Part shown: positions 1 to 7,560 of the stretch, one piece after another | Layout: every line of letters starts with the position of its first letter | Position numbering within the stretch: position 1 is the first letter of the stretch | NCBI GenBank assembly: GCA_043228905.1 | Contig: JBHGNT010001465.1 | Coordinates: 1 to 8,058 of the forward strand | Length of the DNA: 8,058 nucleotides | Source: Azolla caroliniana | Taxonomy: Eukaryota > Plantae > Polypodiophyta | Reading direction: 5' to 3' | Notes under the pieces: generated by a model | What the model saw: only the letters and a program-made list of their open reading frames with translations | What the model was told of the DNA's origin: nothing | Databases searched by the model: none | Translations under genes and position numbers: made by a program

Positions 1-495
1 GGAGGAACAAATATTCGCTTGTAGTTGTCATACGCCGTAGTATTCTTTATAACTTTCTTCGAAAGTGCTTCGAGGAAATCCTTCATATATATACACCCGT
101 ATGTCGAACTGTTGCCGATGATTACTCGATTTGGCTCAACAATGATGGCCTTCTCTTTTCTGAACAAAAGAGAGTACCCAACGGAACTATAATCATTGAA
201 GATTGGCCCGGCGAAGAGATAAGCATCGGCGGACTCGACTATTTCCAAGCAATAAGGAGAGCTCACGGCGCCCCAATATGTACCAATGAAGTTTTGGTGG
301 TTCTCTGGGAAAAGTCCCTTCGCGGAGGGCATAATGGCTACAGCATAGCCAGATGATTCGGCCAAATCTAGAAAAGACTGTTGAGCATTCGCTACACGTA
401 ATTTCGAACCACCCACAAGCACCGGCTTGACGGCATTGTTGAGAAATGCGGCCGCAGCTTCTACAGCCTCATTTAAGCTCCCCGGGTTAGAGAGC
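1..495 (-). CDS. PDC: Pyruvate decarboxylase, exon 3 (partial, runs off the window edge; central domain)
   Basis: CAG| acceptor (AG at 497-496) completes the phase-2 Arg codon. Open frame reads LSNPGSLNEAVEAAAAFLNNAVKPVLVGGSKLRVA...MPSAKGLFPENHQNFIGTYWGAVSSPYCLEIVESADAYLFAGPIFNDYSSVGYSLLFRKEKAIIVEPNRV...TTAYDNYKRIFVP with no stops; typical plant PDC sequence. Confidence 0.96.
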
Positions 496-670
496 CTGGG
501 CCCAAATAGCAGCAAATGAGCATTTATACAATCAAGAAGTGTATATTTCAGTGATCATACCAAGCCAAAGTACCCAAAATCCGGTGTTGTACCATGTGAG
601 GGATTAACAGCTTTCTTTCCCTCAGGAGACCCTACAATATCCAACATCACAAAGTTCTGACATACACACT

Positions 671-705
671 CTAAACCATGAACCCTAAACCCTAAACCAA
701 ACCCT
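671..705 (+). repeat. Short degenerate plant telomere-like (CCCTAAA)n tract containing a telo-box
   Basis: ctaaaccatgaaccctaaaccctaaaccaaaccct: two perfect CCCTAAA units plus degenerate flanks; AAACCCTA at 687-694. Confidence 0.65.
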
Positions 706-809
706 CCACATTCTAGCTGTGTATGCTCTGCCTCCGGAATGACATAATGTTATGTCCGAACCCACAATATTGGAATCATAGCGAGAAAATGTTTAAAATT
801 TCTAGTGAT

Positions 810-843
810 TATATACATACATACATACATACATATATATATA
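810..843. repeat. Compound microsatellite (TACA)n(TA)n abutting the intron 2 donor
   Basis: tatatacatacatacatacatacatatatatata read directly from the sequence. Confidence 0.85.
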
Positions 844-844
844 C

Positions 845-1008
845 CTGAGGGACAGACGAAATGGAATTGGTTCCTGCCTGAATGTGGGGTGAGGAAGGCC
901 AGCCAAGTTGCAACTAACACTGATGTACACTGGCTTGCTCTCAATGAGGGCAGTTGAAATAGCATCATCAATCAACTCATGTGCACTGTCAAGATCCTTG
1001 ATACAAAC
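845..1008 (-). CDS. PDC: Pyruvate decarboxylase, exon 2 (164 nt)
   Basis: TAG| acceptor (AG at 1010-1009). Manual translation VCIKDLDSAHELIDDAISTALIESKPVYISVSCNLAGLPHPTFRQEPIPFRLSL(R) matches the plant PDC segment AHEQID-AISTALKESKPVYISVSCNL. Ends CAG|GTATAT at 844 (phase 2). This frame is absent from the ORF track. Confidence 0.95.
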
Positions 1009-1142
1009 CTACATCAGGAGAGAATTTGTTGTGAGACTTGATCCAAAGCAACAAGAGCTCTATATGCCCATACCATGTTGTAATATAGCTTAACCTTAGT
1101 GTGCACTCTCAAGATCCTTGATGCAAACCTACATCAAGAGAG
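980..1142. repeat. Direct duplication of the intron 1 acceptor and exon 2 start (980-1022 vs 1100-1142)
   Basis: tgtgcactgtcaagatccttgatacaaacctacatcaggagag vs tgtgcactctcaagatccttgatgcaaacctacatcaagagag: 40/43 identical, offset exactly 120 nt. Confidence 0.92.
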
Positions 1143-2150
1143 CATATTTTGCAAGAATTTGTACAAGGTATGTGTCTCATTGGATCTTCATGTCTAGACT
1201 ATAGTTATAAATGGGACCACAAAATGTCCATCCACGAGTATCTAATTGACTCTACCAATCCATGTCTTGCCATAGGTTCTATGAACCCTAGGTCTCTATC
1301 CAGACCATGCCTATCCATTCAGACAATGGCCCTCCAAATGACCATCCAAAAGCTAATGGGTCTATCTCTAGCCTAATGGACTCCATTCACACACGACTTC
1401 GATGAAATTCAACATATTAGGTTTCCATTAACCCTAGGTCTATGTCCAAACTGGCCACCAGTGTGCCTATTATCTCTAGGTTTATCGACTCCATGACTTC
1501 AAGAGAAGTGGCATAACGCATGCCCTCATGTGGTATATTATAAACTGCTTACTACTTAACCCTTGATCTATATGCAAACCACATTTATTCACACCAAAAC
1601 TGGGTCCACATTTATCCATACCATAGTTAATGTATGGCTCAAATGTTTGCAACACACATGCCATACCATAGCTAATGTATGGTGGGCTACTCCAAACCTC
1701 ATAACACACATACCATAGCAAATGTAAGGCCACTCCAATTCTTGTAACAAACATACCATATCGTACCATACCTAATGTATGGCTAGCTACTCGAATTCGT
1801 ATAGCGCAAACGTAATGGGTAGTCCAATTCTTGTAACACACATACCATGCCATGCCATACCATACCATACCTTAGCTTATGTATGGCCGGTTACTTGAAT
1901 TCTCATAACACACATGCCATAGCTAATGTATGGCCACTTCAATTCTTGTAACACACATACCATAGCTTATGTATGGCTGGTCACTTGAATTCTTTTAACA
2001 CACATACCATAACAAATGTATGGCCACTCCAATTCTTGTAACGCACATACCATACCTTATGTATGGCTGGTTACTTGAATTCTCATAACACACATACCAT
2101 AGCAAATGTATGGCCACTCCAATTCTTGTAACACACATACCATACCATAC
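1009..2150 (-). other. PDC intron 1 (GT-AG, 1142 nt, phase 0)
   Basis: Begins GTATGG and ends TGTAG on the minus strand; splicing joins TCKQ to VCIKD, colinear with plant PDC (TCYQ/AVVNN). Confidence 0.92.
1615..2150. repeat. Intronic minisatellite, alternating 43/47-bp units forming a 90-bp higher-order repeat
   Basis: The aattc anchor of the unit (aattct[t/c][g/a/t]taacacacataccata...atgtatggc) recurs at 1737, 1826, 1898, 1941, 1988, 2031, 2078 and 2121, with spacings 43/47/43/47/43 from 1898. Copies are more degenerate towards 1615, with internal (CCATA)n expansions around 1845-1870. Confidence 0.93.
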
Positions 2151-2654
2151 CTGCTTACAAGTGACTTGTTTGAAGCATTGGAGCTCTTGGCTAAAATCCG
2201 GGAGGCCTATGGTATGATGGAGGATACGATTCGAGCCATAGTCGTTTGAATTAGGCCCGCCGACGATGCAAATTAGGGGGAGATTCTCACTATAAGCTCC
2301 AGCGATGGCATTGATGACACTGAGCCCACCCACGGTGAATGTGACGACACATGCGCCGGCACCGCGTGCGCGCGCGTAGCCATCGGCCGCATACCCGGCA
2401 TTGAGCTCATTGCAACAACCAATGAGGTTGAGGCGGCGGGCGGGCGGTGGTTGTCCTTCACCATTGTCATTGGCCAATAGGTGGTCGAGAAGGACAAGAT
2501 TGAAGTCCCCGGGGACCGAGAAGACATCGGTGATGCCGATCTCGAGGAGGCGGCGCGCAATGTGTCGGCCGAGAGAAGGGTAGTGAGCCCCAATTCTTGC
2601 ATAAGGGTAGGGGTGGGAATTAGTAAAACTTGTAGAATCATGACAAGTAGACAT
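2151..2654 (-). CDS. PDC: Pyruvate decarboxylase, coding exon 1 (168 codons, N-terminal ThDP pyrimidine-binding domain)
   Basis: Translation has plant PDC motifs LGRHIARRL, DVFSVPGDFNL (catalytic Asp50), GCCNELNAGYAADGYAR (ThDP-activating Glu83), VTFTVGGLS and NRILHHTIGLPDFSQEL (His146/His147). Similarity stops at ...VTCKQ, followed by CAG|GTATGG donor at 2150 (phase 0). ATG context on minus strand is AAAAATGT. Confidence 0.96.
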
Positions 2655-2676
2655 TTTTAGTGTTCTGGGTTTTAGC

Positions 2677-2698
2677 TAGGGTTTCCCAAGAGAGAGAG
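2677..2698 (-). promoter_or_regulatory. Telo-box (AAACCCTA, 2684-2677) and (CT)n tract in the probable 5' UTR
   Basis: Plus strand TAGGGTTT at 2677-2684 and agagagagag at 2689-2698, 23-44 nt upstream of the ATG; both are common plant 5' UTR or proximal promoter elements. Confidence 0.5.
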
Positions 2699-2795
2699 GT
2701 TGTTAGCAAGTGTTTGAAGTCCCTAGTGTACCCATGGGTTTTGTGCTCCTAAAAGAAAGCCTTGTATCTCGATATATTTTCCTTGTTTCTTTTTG

Positions 2796-2806
2796 GCCCG
2801 TGGTTT
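2796..2806 (-). promoter_or_regulatory. Hypoxia-responsive promoter element (HRPE) / anaerobic response element
   Basis: Minus strand AAACCACGGGC matches the HRPE consensus AAACCA(G/C)(G/C)(G/C)GC bound by group VII ERFs. It lies about 145 nt upstream of the ATG of a canonical hypoxia-induced gene family, next to a weak TATA-like AAATATAT at about 2779-2772. Confidence 0.72.
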
Positions 2807-3019
2807 TCGACCACGCCTTTCAATCCCTTGGTCACCAGTCGAAGCTCCCGTCACATCGGTCACCAGAACCTTTTGTTTGTTGCACCACACTTCCTCATTG
2901 TGATTTAGACCAGTTTTACCCCTCACCAAACAACTTGAGATCGACCCAGATCTCTCTTCTTGGCATTGAGCACCTAAATTACCAGAAAAAATTACCAAGG
3001 AGTAATTTTATGGGAACTA

Positions 3020-3298
3020 GGGACCATACATTTGAAATTACTTTCACTTTAAGACGTATGTATGTCGATGGCAATGTCTTGAATTTGTCTAGACTCTAAT
3101 TGATACAACCATATGTTTCGAAATTACCCCCACTTCTACATCATATGCCAATGAAAAATATCTTGTAATGGTCTTGGTGATACGACAATACGTTTTGAAT
3201 TTGTGCTTGTACTACAAATATCTTGTAATGCTCTATATGATAGAACCAACCATACGCTATACTTCCACTTCAGCTTTGTATACCAATGAAAATATCTC
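3020..3298. repeat. Degenerate mosaic of short direct repeats upstream of the promoter
   Basis: Recurring blocks: accata...gaaattac...cactt (about 3023 and 3108), ttgaatttgt (3079 and about 3195), aaatatcttgtaatg (about 3156 and 3216), ccaatgaaaa(a)tatct (3149 and 3282). Confidence 0.55.
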
Positions 3299-3317
3299 CT
3301 AAAAGTTTAAATAATAA

Positions 3318-3345
3318 GTGTGTGTGTTTGTTTGTGTGTGTGTGT
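3318..3345. repeat. Interrupted (TG)n microsatellite
   Basis: gtgtgtgtgtttgtttgtgtgtgtgtgt. Confidence 0.8.
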
Positions 3346-4159
3346 GGTAACTTCTTGATAAAGCACGAAACCTTTGTTGTCAACAATAGCTAATACTTGA
3401 GCTTTTGTTACACTAGCATTTGAAATTCAAGGTTTGCTCCCAATGTATCCATCTCCGGTAATATCTTCATCATCGTATATGCTCGTGCAACATAATATTA
3501 ACTAACGATAACTACTAATAAGCTACAACCCTACCTTAACCGGGCCACTTCACGTTTGGTTATTATTAACATGAGAAATCGATAGATCTTTATTAACCTT
3601 CTTGTCATACTATATTTGTTTATGTTTACACTTACCAAAATTACCTATAATTTGCAACCAAATTTACACATAATAAGGGTATATTAAAATCTTCTTGAAA
3701 TTTTGTAGTGTATGATTAAAATTTCACATTTGTGTGTTGCATTTACAATAGTCGGCAACATGGAACAACATTTTGTTTTGAAATTTAAAATGACAAGAAG
3801 TCCTAGAAAACAATCTTGTGATTCCCTTTTGGTATAGTCTCGTATAACTGGATAGCTATGTGCTATACATAGACATAATCACTAGTAGAGATTCTCCTAT
3901 AATCACGCACATTCTCGTTCTTTGAGCTAGCCCATAACACGTGCACATGAGGACAAAAAAGTAGTGTTACTATTGCAATGATTTGATAAACAAAGACTAT
4001 TGACGTTCTAGATCATTTTTTCCTTAGGTTTAAAGATATTGGATGTAGTATAATCAATAACAAGTACTTGAGCAAACCAAAATGCACCGAACATGAGGGA
4101 AGGGACTCGAGTGGTGTAAGTGTAGACACCTGGCCAAGCATGTTGGTCTGGACTAGGGT

Positions 4160-4221
4160 CTCTTGATTGATGGAGATGCCAACATGATGAACCTCTTGAT
4201 ATATGGAGATGCCACCATGAT
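4160..4221. repeat. Two-copy 29-bp direct repeat, period 33
   Basis: ctcttgattgatggagatgccaacatgat (4160) vs ctcttgatatatggagatgccaccatgat (4193). Confidence 0.85.
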
Positions 4222-4937
4222 ATCAATTAAATAAATATATGTATTTATATTTTTTTACTTTTAATTCCCTCCCACAATGAGGAAATTATTCAATTTATAT
4301 ATACTTATTACTTATTTTTGCATGTATGTAAATAACTAGAGTTTATGATTCTTAAATCATCCCGGTTATTTCAATTTATGGAAAGCCTAGAAATTACCTT
4401 GAATATCTAGCTCAATGATCTAGTACCCATCTTGGTTGGTTATCATGCTACACTCGTGACACCATATTCTCACAAACCAGCATCATCCACACCGCATTTT
4501 AGTGATCCTCTTGAAGATGTAGTTGCTCTCCATGGTTTCCTAGTTGGTTACAAGAATGTATAATAAAACAACTTAAAAATTTCATAGACAAACCATTATT
4601 TGCTTAACCTTTGCTCTTCCACATATCCAATCTGAGAACATGGTATATACATTACAACCTCATTGATAATGATATATATATGGTGGTGTTTCTTGGATAA
4701 ACATGGAACCCTATATGGTGAACACATATACCCAAACCTTTAAATCTATACAATTTTAGACTACTACAATATACTACCTACATCGTAATACCAAATCAAT
4801 GAGGAATATGAAGGATATATGTCGAGGCAAAATCCTGCTTCTATGTTGTGCACAATATACACTTTTGTACCTTCATTATGCTTCAACAACACTTTTGTTG
4901 TCAAACTGTCGTGTAATCACACAATTTCCCTTAGTAC

Positions 4938-5062
4938 GATTGTGCACACATAGTTGTTTCATGCTTGCAAGATGGTGTCAACATAAGAGAATTAATGTGA
5001 TTGTGCACACATAGTTGTTGCTTGCTTGTAAGATGGTGTGAACATAATGGAACTAATGTGAT
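4938..5062. repeat. Two-copy tandem duplication, period 61
   Basis: gattgtgcacacatagttgtt...tgcttg[c/t]aagatggtgt[c/g]aacataa...gaa[t/c]taatgtgat starting at 4938 and 4999. Confidence 0.88.
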
Positions 5063-6329
5063 AGTGATATGTAATGGAAGTGTAGGTTTATCATGGTTTT
5101 GGAAAACTTCCATGCGTACTCAATCTCTCTATTTAGGACTATTTTTTTCTTTTTTGGATTCATTAGACAAGGGGGATTGAAGTAAGACCATCAACAGGGG
5201 GGATCGATGTTAAAGTAACGACGTTTATTGAGTTCACTTTTATAGTTTAGCCATAGTTAGATAGTTGAGTACAATAACTTTGATTTGTTCTACTATAGTG
5301 ACGTTCCATCTCCTTCAACATTTCATGACTTCATTGTTGGCACAATTTTTTTTTCCCTTTCCATCACATACTTTTTAAAGAATTAAAGTTCTAAACATTG
5401 AAAAAAACACTTCAACTTTCTCTTTGTGCTCAAAAGTGTATCTATCTTCTTTATGATCTAGTTACCTCCATGTAAAATGTTACCAAGTTAGTCTTGAAAT
5501 ATGAGGTTATTCTAAAGGAAGGATATTCAAAATTACTATATTTGTTACTATCATTACTTGATATGCCTATTACAATTTTATGTGGGACCCCATTAGACAA
5601 TACCAAAATTCTGAAGTTATGTTTGCATAAGAATTGTTTACATGCATCCCACCTCCGAAGAATGATGAATTACATGCATAAATCATAGAATATAAAGTTG
5701 TTTGGTCTTTGGAATTCATGAGGGGAGTCCATTCTAATGTCATGATCTTCAAGTTCAATATTTCGTTATCACCTACTACTTGAAATTCTAGAATTGCGAG
5801 TTACATGTGTATGAAAGGAGTTTGATTCTCACTCACTTGAGCATCCTATAGATGATGGGGCTATAAACATAAACACAAGAATTCCCAATGTATTCCCTAT
5901 TCTCTCATGTTCTTTTCATAGCACAACAGATAGAAAAAGAAATTTGTATGATGTGAACAAGAAGAAGAAGAGGAAAATACCGAAACTTGTATAATGAAAA
6001 TTGGTATGTTAACACATAGGTTGAGAGAATATCTCTAGACTCTAACTATGGGAATACAATCAAAAGTCTCAATATAATATAAAATGGTCATGTTGCACAT
6101 AGGTTGAAGAAATTTATGTTCATGGGTAAAAAGAGAAAAGTTTCTTCATAGAAAAATGGACCCAATAAACTAGCACCATAGAAATAAGAAAAGAAATGGG
6201 AGAATGACGATAGGGATCAACAATATGGGTTCTAATGAACTTTTATGTTGGATGTGCATATGTGGAAACAAGACAATTATCCTATACCATTCTCGATATT
6301 AAGTGCTAATTAAGAATATTTTGTGGGTA

Positions 6330-7560
6330 TTGTATGTCGATCAAGAAGAGAGAATTTTGATTCTACATTTTGTTGCTAGTGTCCCAAGCTTGTAATGGTT
6401 AGACAATGTGCTATCATGTTCTTCACTTTAATTATATACTTGTGAATTCTCATCATGCTTTATAATTTGATGGGTATCAACACCCATTTCAAGCAACATC
6501 ACAACATATGGCGCGGTTGCCTTGATATCAAGATTGTACCATGGGAAACAACTTTTATACCTTATCAATGTCATTCCATCTTGACAAGGTATTGGTCCTC
6601 CCATACCTCCACATCATAGAACAATACTGGGATTACAAATGTAATAAAGTGTCCAATATTTGTCTATCTAAATACTATCAAGATGGGTTCAAAGATATGG
6701 TAGCTTGCCTAACTAGCTTTTGGTCGGCATTCTATACATGTGCCCCAATTACGATTGACGTAGATGTTAAAGTGTAAGAATTTGAATGGGCTTATTGACC
6801 GGATAGATTTGTTCTAGTAAGTGATTGTCCTTTATTTGGTTTTCCATACATTCACTAATGATAGGCTAGTATTTGCAAATATCTTAACAATGTGATTTAG
6901 TGTTGAAGAGTGAGAACCTCTTATAAGAAAAGCACCACATCATCTACATAGAGAACTACCATAAGAAAAAATTTGCCTCAGATTTGGCTCAAAGGTTGTT
7001 CACCGAGAGTTACTTATATGATGAAATTCTCTAAGTCATAGTTTATGCATAAGCTAAATAGAGTGGGTGAGAAAGATCATCTTTGCTTTGGCCCAAGTTT
7101 GCTTCTAAACTCATTAGAGAACCCATATTATGTCTTTAGGAGACGTGACACTTGCTCATAAAGGTTTCTTACCACAATTTGTTAATGAGTTAATTATATC
7201 TAGTTTAATCATACGTTCATAGAGTCTCTTTGCAACAATTTCAAAAGCTTTTTTCAAAATCCACATAAATATCAATAAAGACATTGTCCCTTTAGTTAAC
7301 TCACTTCCATTTGACTTGGAGGATAAAAAGATGGGTTACATAGTGTTTGGGTTGGTTTATGGCTCTTTTACTATGTTACTCTTCCCATTTAGTAATTTTC
7401 TTTTTTATGATTGTACCATAGAGTTTTGTGAACCTATTGCCATGATATCATAGTAGTTCATAAGCTCATCTAATTTCCATCTTTATAGATGAATTTGATC
7501 CCATTTGTCTATCATTCTTTAGGGGAATCTTATCTAGTGGTTCCATTATGAAAGATGCAT
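6330..7560 (-). mobile_element. Decayed non-LTR retrotransposon (LINE) reverse transcriptase ORF, with multiple stops and frameshifts; true ends not resolved
   Basis: Manual minus-strand translation gives LINE RT motifs in the correct order and spacing: IKFIYKDG..NY (about 7500-7450), KLYGTIIKKKITKWEE*HSKRAINQ (about 7427-7352), LY*Y..VDFEK/AFEIV (about 7280-7235; compare FVDFKKAFD), GPKQR*SFSPTLFSLCI (about 7094-7044; compare GVKQGCPLSPTLF), VLYVDDVVLF (YVDD at 6950-6939), VIPVLFYDVEVW (6636-6601; compare PVLLYGxEVW), WNDIDKV*KLF, and IKATAPYVVMLLEMG (about 6526-6482). Confidence 0.85.

Larger units (their letters stand above)
496..844 (-). other. PDC intron 2 (GT-AG, 349 nt, phase 2)
   Basis: Begins GTATAT and ends CCCAG; splicing restores LSL-R-LSN, matching plant PDC (LAPRLSN). 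Confidence 0.92.

Noticed and set aside
750-1376. ORFs 750-971, 908-1093 and 1149-1376
   Set aside because: They are the wrong frame or antisense of exon 2, or intronic; no recognisable protein features.
1482-1868. 128-aa minus-strand ORF rich in W, Y and C
   Set aside because: It is a translation of the minisatellite, with no independent coding evidence.
1615-2150. CRISPR-like array (regularly spaced, partly palindromic repeats)
   Set aside because: There are no unique spacers, since the intervening sequences themselves repeat. There are no cas genes, and the array lies inside a spliceosomal intron of a plant gene.
1995-2150. C-terminal 51 aa of the 219-aa ORF as genuine PDC coding sequence
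   Set aside because: It is read-through into the intronic minisatellite; PDC homology resumes at 1008 after a canonical GT-AG intron.
2273-2641. Alternative-frame 122-aa ORF and antisense 60-aa ORF (2401-2583)
   Set aside because: Shadow ORFs expected in a GC-rich exon; no recognisable motifs.
2643-2654. Cys N-degron on the PDC protein itself
   Set aside because: The N-terminus is M-S-T-C; the oxygen-dependent degron requires Cys at position 2.
1-2654. PDC as a pseudogene or a bacterial/fungal gene
   Set aside because: Three exons splice in frame without stops, the catalytic residues in view are intact, and the sequence and introns are plant-type. The 3' part lies outside the window and cannot be assessed.
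2710-3099. ORFs of 129 aa (+) and 91 aa (-) over the promoter
   Set aside because: No recognisable domains, the 129-aa ORF starts at GTG (not a normal eukaryotic start), and both overlap promoter elements.
4008-5758. Short ORFs of 60-72 aa in the intergenic region
   Set aside because: Chance-length ORFs, partly generated by the 33-bp and 61-bp duplications; no homology recognised.
6541-6777. 78-aa plus-strand ORF
   Set aside because: It is antisense to the decayed LINE; the meaningful motifs are on the minus strand.
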